This document shows positions 53,731 to 62,519 of a stretch of 64,000 nt of DNA, one piece after another. The position numbers were made by a program, and so were the translations under genes. Source of the DNA: Kiritimatiellia bacterium (GTDB lineage: Bacteria > Verrucomicrobiota > Kiritimatiellia > JAAZAB01). Location of the stretch: the NCBI GenBank assembly GCA_040767085.1, contig JAXGPF010000003.1, positions 1 through 64,000 of the forward strand. The letters run 5' to 3'. Within the stretch, counting starts at the first letter, position 1, and the number at the start of each line of letters is the position of its first letter. Under the pieces are notes generated by a model. That model had not been told where the DNA came from and ran no database searches. It saw only the letters and a program-made list of their open reading frames with translations.

Positions 53731-56111
53731 TAAAACACCGGGACGTTCTTGAGCCCAAACCAGTTGTCGCCTTCGACGCGCGCGCCAGCGCCGGCGCTGC
53801 CCGCAACCGGAAGAACCGGCTCCAGCCGGATGTTTTCACCGGCTTGCAGTTTCAACTCCAGCATCTCGCCCTCCAACACCATGTTCCCAGCCCGCACGGC
53901 GCCGCCAAACATATTTTTCAACTTCACCCGGCCGCCGGTATTGGCCTGTAATTCAATCCAGGCAGTATGGCCGGCGCGGCGTTCGGCCGAGACCAGGACA
54001 TTGCCTTCCGCCAGCAGGTTATGGAATGAAACATCGGCCCAGAATTCCGGCACAGCCGGGAATACCCGGATCACGCCGCCCCAGCTTTGCAGCAGCATCT
54101 CCAGGATTGCCGCCGCCGCAGAGAATCCGCCATCCACTGCCGTGATTTCGAAAGTGAAGCGGGAAACCCCGAAACGCCGCGGATCGCCATGCCGCACCAT
54201 GGAATTTGGGGCAATCAGATGAAAATAATCCTGCAGCCATTTCCAGGCCATATGCGGATATCCGGCGCGCGCCGCCACCAGCGCGTAGGCGGTGAAGCCA
54301 TGCCCGCACCACTCGCCCGTGCCCAGTTCCTGAATCCGCATCATGGATTTGTCGATCCGGGCGCGATCGCGCTCCGAGCCTTCAATGTTTAATTCCTCCA
54401 GCGGATAAACGCCCAGCAAATGGCAATGATGCCGGTGCGATTTTTTCAGCGGCATGTCCAGCGCGACATAAATTTCCTTTTCGCCCGGATAATCGTAAAG
54501 CTCTCCCAAAACTTTACGGTAGCCGGCGCGGTCGGGATCCGGCAGATCGAGGACCTGTTCGGATTCCAGCAATGCCCGGCAGACGAACCGGACCAAGGCC
54601 GCCTCAAACGCCGTATCCTTCTGCCAGACCTCCGGGGTGCATTCCATGTATTCCGGCGAATGCGAAATCGGCAGATGCAATTTGCCGTCCGCGCCCTGCT
54701 CAAGGATATGATTATAAACGCGCCAGCATCCCTTGAGCAGCGGCACAACCCGCGTGCGCAAAAATTCCAGATCGCGGCTGTAGCGGTAATGCAGCCAGTA
54801 ATTGTGGGTCAGCCAGGGCAACATCGCGCCGAAGACGCCCAGCGGATCCCATCCGTGCGGTTCCGGACGCCGGGCCAGATCGGCCTTCGCGCTGCACATA
54901 GCCATGCCGTTCAGCCCCAGCGAGCTGGAAGTCCACAATCCATCAATCCCGAAAAACTTTTTGCAATTCTCGCGGAAGCGCGGGACCATTTTCCAGAATG
55001 TTTCATAAAGCGAAACCCCCATATCCAGATGGTTTGACGTCAGCACCAGCCAATAGGACGCCTGGACATTCCAGTCCAGATGATAATCATTCCAGCAATA
55101 GGGCATTACCTGATCATGCGGCCAGACGCCGCACAGCGGGATGGCCGCGCCATCCGGCCGGCTGCAGGATCCCAATTTGTAGAGTTCAACGTAATACAGG
55201 TTCTCCAGTTTCTTGTCCGGCAAAGTGATTGACGATTTTTTCCAGTAAGCGCGCCACCAGGCGCAATGTTCCTGCCTTAACGTGTCATATGCGGGCGCTT
55301 GATGCAGCAGATGTTGCGCCGCATCCAGCGGCGCGGCCGCATCGTGCCGGGAAAGGATGGACAATAAAAGCTCATCGCCGCGCCGCCGCCAGGCAATCAC
55401 ATACTCGCCGCCGCCGGGCATTAACTGGCGCACCCAATCAACACCATGCGCTTGCCCGTGTGCCAGGGGCGGATAACCCCAGGCGGGTGAAAACAGGATA
55501 TCCTCCGGCCAACCCCAAACGGCGCCCATGGATTTCGAGTCCGAACCGATGGACGGATCGGTTTTCGCGACATAATTCACGTTGATCACCGCTTCTAATG
55601 GCAGGCCTTTTATGATGAAAAGCTTGCGGGAAGCATGGGCAAACGCCTGCCAGCCTGCCTCAGCCGGACATTTTGCCGCCGGCGGGCTGGCCGTCTGCCA
55701 GGTGGCATCGGCAAGGCGCAACCGTCCGCCGGCAAAAGGCATGGCGGTTATTTCCATGCGCGGCAGCGGGATGCGCGTGGGATATGGGTGGTCGGAACGT
55801 TTGCTGCCGACCGGCAGGGCCGAGCAGGCATGGTTGATTTCGCCCCATTTTTTCTGTTCCGCCAGTTTACGGACATGATTGTAATTGTAATGCCCCGGGT
55901 CTTTCAGCGTCTCGCGCATTTCCCAGATACTTGGGTTGTCCAGCGTCAGGCGCAACGGCCGGCCATCACCCCAGAGCATGGCGCCCAGGTAGCCGTTGCC
56001 AAGCGGTATGCCGTCAAACCACCGCATCGGCGCGCGTTCATATGTCAAATCGTGATTTTTGATGTTCAGAGCTACCTCGCCGTATTCATCAACGGGATTA
56101 AAGCGCCGCAA
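53730..56111 (-). CDS. GH95-like glycoside hydrolase
   Basis: GIPLGNGYLGAMLW, WNDYHLDWNVQASYW, SHSPE, HRHHCHLLGVYP, EMLLQSWGGVIRVFPAVP. Start uncertain. Confidence 0.85.
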   Translation of the reverse strand: MRRFNPVDEYGEVALNIKNHDLTYERAPMRWFDGIPLGNGYLGAMLWGDGRPLRLTLDNPSIWEMRETLKDPGHYNYNHVRKLAEQKKWGEINHACSALPVGSKRSDHPYPTRIPLPRMEITAMPFAGGRLRLADATWQTASPPAAKCPAEAGWQAFAHASRKLFIIKGLPLEAVINVNYVAKTDPSIGSDSKSMGAVWGWPEDILFSPAWGYPPLAHGQAHGVDWVRQLMPGGGEYVIAWRRRGDELLLSILSRHDAAAPLDAAQHLLHQAPAYDTLRQEHCAWWRAYWKKSSITLPDKKLENLYYVELYKLGSCSRPDGAAIPLCGVWPHDQVMPYCWNDYHLDWNVQASYWLVLTSNHLDMGVSLYETFWKMVPRFRENCKKFFGIDGLWTSSSLGLNGMAMCSAKADLARRPEPHGWDPLGVFGAMLPWLTHNYWLHYRYSRDLEFLRTRVVPLLKGCWRVYNHILEQGADGKLHLPISHSPEYMECTPEVWQKDTAFEAALVRFVCRALLESEQVLDLPDPDRAGYRKVLGELYDYPGEKEIYVALDMPLKKSHRHHCHLLGVYPLEELNIEGSERDRARIDKSMMRIQELGTGEWCGHGFTAYALVAARAGYPHMAWKWLQDYFHLIAPNSMVRHGDPRRFGVSRFTFEITAVDGGFSAAAAILEMLLQSWGGVIRVFPAVPEFWADVSFHNLLAEGNVLVSAERRAGHTAWIELQANTGGRVKLKNMFGGAVRAGNMVLEGEMLELKLQAGENIRLEPVLPVAGSAGAGARVEGDNWFGLKNVPVF

Positions 56112-56497
56112 ACCAACTCCTCCAGAACGGCATTGCCGGCTTCGGTCAGGTGCACGCCGTCATCCAGAGTGTAATGATTTTTGGGAGCGTGGGCCATGCG
56201 TTCGCGCAGCACCTTATCGAAATCAACCAGCGGGAAAGAATGTATGAAATCAGGGTTATGCGCCAGCACATCGCGATCCAAGCGCTGCATGGCCTCGCGG
56301 GCGGAATTGCCGCCCACGCCGGCATTGACCACATTGAACTTCTTGTCCGGGAACATTTCGGACAAAGACCGTTGCAAAACATTCAGCCAGCGTTTGCTCT
56401 CATCCGGCATCCGGGTGGAGGCCGCGGTGATCGAATTGCCGAATCCCACGATTGTTATCTGTGCCGGATTGTTCATTGTCACCTGTTTCATTTGCAT
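56072..56497 (-). pseudogene. SGNH/GDSL esterase, apparently internally deleted
   Basis: Block I GNSIT, block II NAGVGG and block V DGVH are present. Block III (GxND) and the following segment are absent (DVLAHNPDFI|HSFPLVD). Confidence 0.7.
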
Positions 56498-56595
56498 GCC
56501 GGGCTTTTTGCGCGGATTAATGCAAGGCAACTGCCAATCAATATTTCCTGTTTTGTTGGGGGAGTTGCCGTAGCTGAAGGCAATAACGGCAATTC

Positions 56596-57687
56596 CTATT
56601 CCATCCCGATTTTTTCCAGCAGGGCGATCACATTCCGGGCCGTTTGCTCATCCTGGCATCCAGCCACATGCAGGAAGGCGCCCTCGCGCGGGATTTGCCG
56701 GAGCAATTCCTCAACTCTTTCCGGCGGCGTGTAAATCAGCGCCTTGCGGCCGGATTCGATGATGCGTCGGAACAAGCCAATCCACTTCAAGGGATCGCGG
56801 GGGATTTTGTCGCAGGCCTTGGTCACCGGAACGAACTGGATCATCTTGATCGCGTCAATTTCGAGCAGAGCATCCAGATGCTTGATCTGCTCTTCGCCGT
56901 CCAGGTGGTAAATGCCATAATCCACATGCTCAAAAAACCGGCGCATTTCCTCCGCCACCAGGTCACGGAACATGCCGGGAGAAATCATCACGCAAAGATC
57001 GCACTGGTTGCTGGCCACCCGGCCCGGCGCCCAGACCTGCATGCCGTCCATCGTGCCGTCCTGAAACGGCTGCAGCAGATTAGAAAGCGCATCGTAAGTT
57101 TCCAGCGCCCAACTTATAATCCGATCCCGCAACGCGCGTATTTCTTCCGGATGTTCCAGCATGGCCAGCAGCGTGGCTTCCGTGCCGATCAATTCGGCGA
57201 TCAGGTCGAACGCGGCGCCGATCGAACTGCCCTTGGTCACCAGGTAACGCCCCCGGGCATGTTCCGCCGACCGGCGCACGATTTCCTGGGTCAACCGCCA
57301 CCACTGGTTGGCACGGTCAAATTCCAGGTTCTTTAACTCGGTAAAATCGGCATATGGTTGTTTGTACCACGTGGTGTGGGCCTCAAACACCGGCGCGCAG
57401 CCCAGGTAGGCACAGCAGAACATCGGCCCCATGTAAACCATGTGATTCGGAAACGCCTCCGCGCCCCAGAACCTGGATTCAATAAAGCAATCCGCATTGT
57501 GCAAAACGGTGTCGGGATCAATATACTTGGCGGGAACGTCCGGGCGCGATTTGCGCCGGACAACCCCGGCCCGCGGCGCCAGCACATAAGCCGGAACCCG
57601 GTCCGTCCGCCGGCCGGCCCACCAGGAGGTCATTCGTTGGCGCGCTTCGCGCCAATCCGGTTTGTATTCCGCCATGCGATTATCCAT
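56596..57687 (-). CDS. uroporphyrinogen decarboxylase/MtaA-like family protein
   Basis: W..RRTDR, YMGP..AYLGC, QCDLCVMISP.MF, YHLDG..QIKHLD. TAATG overlap with the upstream gene. Confidence 0.78.
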   Translation of the reverse strand: MDNRMAEYKPDWREARQRMTSWWAGRRTDRVPAYVLAPRAGVVRRKSRPDVPAKYIDPDTVLHNADCFIESRFWGAEAFPNHMVYMGPMFCCAYLGCAPVFEAHTTWYKQPYADFTELKNLEFDRANQWWRLTQEIVRRSAEHARGRYLVTKGSSIGAAFDLIAELIGTEATLLAMLEHPEEIRALRDRIISWALETYDALSNLLQPFQDGTMDGMQVWAPGRVASNQCDLCVMISPGMFRDLVAEEMRRFFEHVDYGIYHLDGEEQIKHLDALLEIDAIKMIQFVPVTKACDKIPRDPLKWIGLFRRIIESGRKALIYTPPERVEELLRQIPREGAFLHVAGCQDEQTARNVIALLEKIGME

Positions 57688-58742
57688 TACACGCTCCGGA
57701 AGCGGTTGCCGGCCTGCTGGTGGCACTTTTCCACCACGGCCATTACGCGCCGGACGCTTTCCGGCGTGACGGCCAGCGGCGCGCCTTCGCGCAGGCTGGC
57801 ATAGACTGACTTATAATACCAGGGCATCGGGTGCGGCGCCCTGGCGCCGGACCAGTGCGCGGTCTGCCAGGGCAGTTTTTCCTCGTCGTCCCGGCGATTG
57901 AACAGGCGGTCGGCCGGGGCGCAGCGTTCGACGGTCTGCGGCGGAAACTGTTCGGCCGCCAGGTATTTCCAGGTCAACTCCCCGCAACTGCCCCATAAAG
58001 TGCCCAGCGTGCCCATCACCAGCCAGGCATGGACCGGGGCGGCGCAGGTGGATGAAATTTCCATGTCAATCACCGGCTCGTCCGGCGCGCACAGCATGAG
58101 TTTCACATGATCGTCGGCATCGCCGAGCGCCATGGTCAAATCCATGCGGCAAAATACCTCCGGCGCGGGATGTTTGATCAACTGCAAAAGCTGATCCAAA
58201 AGGTGGATGCCGTTATTGTTCAGGCGGCCGCCGCCGAATTCCTTGAGGGTCTGCCAGTCCCAGCGCCGGCCGAAATAGCTGGAGGTCCGGCGAATCTGGA
58301 CAATGCGGCCCAGGCAGCCGGAATCAATCACCTCGCGCACCTTGCGGAAGTCGGCGGCAAAGCGCTGCTGCTGGTAAATTGTGAGCGGATTTCCGGTGCG
58401 CTTGGCGGCCGCGATCATCGCGTCGGCCTCGGCCAGGCTGCGCGACATGGGCTTGTCGCAGACCACGGCTTTCCCGGCTTCCAGGGCGGTAATGGCGTTT
58501 TCCCGGTGCAGGTGGGTAGGCGTGGCTATAACTACCAGTTCCACCTCCTTATCCGCCGCCAATTCCGCGCAGTTCGCGTAAGCCTTGCAATTGAATTTTT
58601 CCCGGGCTTCCTGCTGGCGTTCCGGCAGGTTGTCGGCGATCGCAACGACTTCGAACATTTCCGGCAAACGCTGCATGCAGGTTGCATGCGGCAGGCCGAT
58701 CCGGCCGAATCCCACCACCCCCGCTTTGATTGGTTTGCTCAT
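57687..58742 (-). CDS. Gfo/Idh/MocA oxidoreductase
   Basis: GFGRIG, ATPTHLH, CDKP, RRWDWQ..GGG.L.N.G.H.LDQ. Confidence 0.93.
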   Translation of the reverse strand: MSKPIKAGVVGFGRIGLPHATCMQRLPEMFEVVAIADNLPERQQEAREKFNCKAYANCAELAADKEVELVVIATPTHLHRENAITALEAGKAVVCDKPMSRSLAEADAMIAAAKRTGNPLTIYQQQRFAADFRKVREVIDSGCLGRIVQIRRTSSYFGRRWDWQTLKEFGGGRLNNNGIHLLDQLLQLIKHPAPEVFCRMDLTMALGDADDHVKLMLCAPDEPVIDMEISSTCAAPVHAWLVMGTLGTLWGSCGELTWKYLAAEQFPPQTVERCAPADRLFNRRDDEEKLPWQTAHWSGARAPHPMPWYYKSVYASLREGAPLAVTPESVRRVMAVVEKCHQQAGNRFRSV

Positions 58743-58760
58743 TTAGTCCTTTGCATCTCT

Positions 58761-58875
58761 GAATGAATTCACCACAAAAGATCACACAGAACACAAAGAA
58801 CCAGTTGAAAAAGGTTCTGTTTTCATGATTTTGCTTTCTTTGGCGTTCCTTGCGTTTTTTCGCGGTGAATCATTC
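58761..58875. repeat. long imperfect inverted repeat with ~9-nt internal periodicity
   Basis: GAATGAATTCACCACAAAAGATCACACAGAACACAAAGAA pairs with TTCTTTGGCGTTCCTTGCGTTTTTTCGCGGTGAATCATTC. Confidence 0.8.
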
Positions 58876-59110
58876 ACAAGGCGGCCTGCGGCCACAACCA
58901 AAGAGGCCGCAGACCGCGTCGAAAGCTTGCCACCCTCTTGTGTGGCGGTGCAGGCTACAAGTGAATGTATAATTTGATCTGAAATCATCTGCCCCGCTTG
59001 CGGTCTAACTGCACTTGTAGCTTGCACTTTAACATTCACCGTGCCTTAAACTGCAGTAACTGCCCTCCAATTTATCTTGTTTTTTTTGGCAGGTACTGTG
59101 GTTTAAAGCA
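58841..59110. repeat. intergenic multi-hairpin element, copy B
   Basis: Same block order as copy A. Has an internal inverted repeat GTGCAGGCTACAAGTG/CACTTGTAGCTTGCAC and a terminal stem GTGCCTTAAACTGCAGTAACTGCC/GGCAGGTACTGTGGTTTAAAGCA. Confidence 0.9.
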
Positions 59111-60007
59111 TTAATTATCCCGGTACCACCGCGCAAATTCCGCGCCATCCGGGCCGTCATCCAGGCTTAAATCATCCAGGCTGACCCATCCGGCAGAACC
59201 GCGCGCCTGGTGTACGGCAATCATCAGCGCGGCGGTCTCTACGGTGGCGCTGAACGGGATCGGCGGCTGGCGGGTTTCAATCATCTGCGCGAACCGATGC
59301 AAAATATTAAAATAACCGCCGCACTTGCCCAGGATTCTGGCCGGTTTATCCTTGGTAAACACCGCAAAATGCAGCGGCCGGGCGCATTCCAGGCGCAGCC
59401 AGACCGTCAGCCCATCGCGGTACACCAGTTCATAAAGCTCCCTGCCGCTCCCTGCCTGCCGCACTTTGCCTGCGCCGCCGCCCAGCACGGCATGGATCGT
59501 CTCCACCGTATGAATGCCATAATAAAAAAACGTGCCCGGGCCGCAGGCGAAGGCGGAGTCAAGCTGACCGCGGATGGGCGCCAGTTCATCCCGCATGACA
59601 ATTACCGCATCGTCGTAGCGCACGCCGGACCCGCCCATCAGGGGGGCGCCGGCGGCATCGGCCAGACGTTGCAGTTCACGTCCATCGCGCAACCGTCCGA
59701 ACACCGGCTTGTCAATGAACACCGGCACTCCCGCCTCCAATAGCGGGCGGGCGCGTTCCAGGTGTTTATCCCAATCCACGCTGAGAATCATGGCGGCATC
59801 CACATTACCCGGCATATCTTCCGGGCCGGACAGAACCAGGGGTATGCCGTGTTCCCGGGCAAATGCCTGGGCGTAATCCGGCGGCCGCACATCTCCGCCA
59901 TCGCATACCGCCACAATTTCAAATCCGCCATGCTCCCGCATGGCCTTCAGGAACGACGCCGGATGCGATGAATCCAGATCCACCAGCCCTATGCGATGCT
60001 TTTTCAT
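59111..60007 (-). CDS. Gfo/Idh/MocA-like oxidoreductase
   Basis: IGLVDLDSSH, SVDWDKH, FIDKP, SGVRY, YYGIH. Confidence 0.85.
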   Translation of the reverse strand: MKKHRIGLVDLDSSHPASFLKAMREHGGFEIVAVCDGGDVRPPDYAQAFAREHGIPLVLSGPEDMPGNVDAAMILSVDWDKHLERARPLLEAGVPVFIDKPVFGRLRDGRELQRLADAAGAPLMGGSGVRYDDAVIVMRDELAPIRGQLDSAFACGPGTFFYYGIHTVETIHAVLGGGAGKVRQAGSGRELYELVYRDGLTVWLRLECARPLHFAVFTKDKPARILGKCGGYFNILHRFAQMIETRQPPIPFSATVETAALMIAVHQARGSAGWVSLDDLSLDDGPDGAEFARWYRDN

Positions 60008-60098
60008 GAATTTATTCGATTAATAGCGTAAACACAAAAACAGCAAAACGCAACTGTTTATTTACGTATCACCCTGTGCGGCTATGCCGGAATCAAAA

Positions 60099-62174
60099 CT
60101 ATTTCCCGGGCTTTACCAGATGTCGCAGGTCCAGCCCGAAATGCCCCGCCGCGCTGATTTTTTCGACCACCGCCTCGTCCACCAGCGGCGAATGCGGCGC
60201 TGTGCCGGCCGGCAGCACTTTAAACGCGCGCAATTCCCGGCGGTACAGTTCGTCCCGGGTCTGGCAGCTTTGCAGCGCCGCCGAAGGCAGCAGGGCGTAG
60301 CGGTCATCCACCTCAAATCGCGCCGGCTTGGCTTCCGGCGGGAACAGCAGCACCGATTTGCGCCGGCGGTCGAACAAACCATAGGTCGCCCGGAGGATTT
60401 TACCGGCAGCGGCCGGGTCCAGCCGGTAACGCTGAGCAGGGCCCACGCCGGCGAAAACATAGAGGCAAAAACCGGCCAGGTAGCCGCACATTTCCTGCAG
60501 GATGGTCATGAGCGATGGCGCGCGCACATGGATGAAATGCGGAAATTCCGTGCAGACAATGGGTTTGTCCGGATACAGCCTCCGCAGCCGGGCCAGTTCA
60601 TGGTTCCAGAAATTAATGTCTTTGTGATAGCTGTTGATGCTGATGACATCGTCATATCTGAAATCATCCGCCCCCAGTTCGGAATGCCACTCCGCCGAAA
60701 CGTGCGTGGCTAAACGCGATGGGTCCAGGCGCCGCGCCAGTTTCAAGGCCGCCTGAATTGTCGGCAGCACGCCCGGCTTGCCGGGCCGGCATTCGTTGCT
60801 GACGGACCAGCAGATCACGCTGGGATGATTCATGTCGCGCAAGATCATTTTCCGGAGCTGGCGCGTGGTATGGCGGCGGATGCCGCGGATATGGCGTTCG
60901 TCAATCCTGTATTTGCCCCAGAATTTACAGGCGCAATCATTCTGCCACCAATGCAGGTTGTTCTCCACCGAACACAACATTCCCATTTCGTCCAAGACAT
61001 CCAATTCCGGGGCGATGCGCGGGAAATGCCCCAGCCGCACGAAATTACAGCCCAACCCTTTGATCAATTTCAAGTCCCGGATCAAGGCTTCCCGGTGCGG
61101 ACACAGTTCCGGCTCGAACCGGGGATCATCCGGATAATACAGGCGATTATCGGTCAAAGTATTCGCCTTGACTGATGCCACCGCATATTCCCCGCTGTCG
61201 CCCGGGAAAAAACCGTAATCGTTATGCAGGGTGATGCCCTTGATGAAAAACTCCCGGCCGTTCAAATAGATGCGCTTGTTCCGGATTTCCAGGCGCCGGA
61301 ATCCGAAACGCTCCCCGAGCCGGTCCACCCGGCGCCCGGCCACCCGCAAATCCACTTCCGCATGGTAAAGACGCGGCGCTTGCGGACTCCAGGGCCGGAC
61401 GGCGTCAACCACACCCCGCAGCATGACCTGCGCGGCTTTGCCGCCCGCGACCGCGGATTTGCCGGACAAAAACTTCCCATAAGATTTTCCCTGCGCGTCC
61501 TTGATGGTCACGGCCACGGAAAATTCGGCGCGTTCCGCGGCGGTATTGATTACGCTCGCTTTCAGGGCGAAACGCCCGCCGCCTTGGCAAGGCTCCGCGC
61601 GCAGGAAACGCGCGCCTTCCAGATAGGTCCGGTGCGTGGCGATCAAGGTCACATCTCCCGGGATCCCCCCGCTGAGGTAATAACCCAGGCCCTTGCCCGG
61701 AGCGCGGTCGTCCGGCCTTTCACGGTTATCCGTGCTGATGATAATGGTGTTTTCCGCCCCCATTTTAAGCCAGGGGTCTACACGCAAATCCATTCGCGCA
61801 AGCCCATCATATGTGGTTGCGACCAGATGGTCATTCACCCAGATCCGGCACAGAAAATTCAGCGCCTCAAACCGGATGAACACATGCCGGCCGCGCCAGG
61901 CCGCGGGCACGGCAAACGCGCGCCGGAACCATGCCACGCCCACATACCGGCGCATATCCGGCCCGCAATGGCTGTAACAACACGGCACGGACACCTTGCG
62001 CCACATCCGCGCGCCGTAGCCGGAGCCGACCCGGTCCATGAACTCGAACGCCGCCCGGTGGTATCCCAGTTGCCGGCCTTGATCCGCGGCGTCCGGCATA
62101 CAGCGCCAGGCGCCATTTAACGGGATTATTGCCCGCGGCGCCGGCGGCAGATCGAAACAATAATTTCCTTGCAT
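60099..62174 (-). CDS. GH2 glycoside hydrolase (beta-glucuronidase/galactosidase-like)
   Basis: LNGAW, WFRRAF, FGFR..I..LNG, NFVRLGHFP, RDMNHPSVICWSVSNE (acid/base), CTEF (nucleophile). Confidence 0.92.
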   Translation of the reverse strand: MQGNYCFDLPPAPRAIIPLNGAWRCMPDAADQGRQLGYHRAAFEFMDRVGSGYGARMWRKVSVPCCYSHCGPDMRRYVGVAWFRRAFAVPAAWRGRHVFIRFEALNFLCRIWVNDHLVATTYDGLARMDLRVDPWLKMGAENTIIISTDNRERPDDRAPGKGLGYYLSGGIPGDVTLIATHRTYLEGARFLRAEPCQGGGRFALKASVINTAAERAEFSVAVTIKDAQGKSYGKFLSGKSAVAGGKAAQVMLRGVVDAVRPWSPQAPRLYHAEVDLRVAGRRVDRLGERFGFRRLEIRNKRIYLNGREFFIKGITLHNDYGFFPGDSGEYAVASVKANTLTDNRLYYPDDPRFEPELCPHREALIRDLKLIKGLGCNFVRLGHFPRIAPELDVLDEMGMLCSVENNLHWWQNDCACKFWGKYRIDERHIRGIRRHTTRQLRKMILRDMNHPSVICWSVSNECRPGKPGVLPTIQAALKLARRLDPSRLATHVSAEWHSELGADDFRYDDVISINSYHKDINFWNHELARLRRLYPDKPIVCTEFPHFIHVRAPSLMTILQEMCGYLAGFCLYVFAGVGPAQRYRLDPAAAGKILRATYGLFDRRRKSVLLFPPEAKPARFEVDDRYALLPSAALQSCQTRDELYRRELRAFKVLPAGTAPHSPLVDEAVVEKISAAGHFGLDLRHLVKPGK

Positions 62175-62243
62175 ACCGGCATTATCCAAAGCTATGCGGA
62201 TTTAGCAATTGTAAACTCGGTCAAAAGCGATTATAATATTTAT

Positions 62244-62519
62244 GGCTCCTAACCAGAATTTGTGGGTAAAAAACAGGTTTTAAAGTTTAAGAAGTTCTCC
62301 AAGCAATGGCGCCAAAAGATGGTGGAGTTATTAACAGCCTGCCGCTTTGGGCGTTTGGCGGCCCCGCAGCAGCCTGATTAATAACTCCTGATTGGCGCGA
62401 TGGCGGAACGGAGATAAAGCGGCGGCAAAAAAATAGGCTGGCCTTTCCGTAATCCATTGCGTATGCAATGGGTGAACACAAAAAAAGGAGGACCAGCCCA
62501 AGGTGAAACTTAAAACAAT
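62244..62519 (+). mobile_element. ISL3 left end (276 bp), duplicated
   Basis: Begins GGCTC, typical of ISL3 termini. Appears identical to 62520-62795, including the RBS and first codons of the transposase. Confidence 0.9.

Noticed and set aside
53466-59110. CRISPR array or integron attC cassette array
   Set aside because: No regularly spaced short repeats with unique spacers, no cas or integrase gene, and no clear RYYYAAC/GTTRRRY core pairs.
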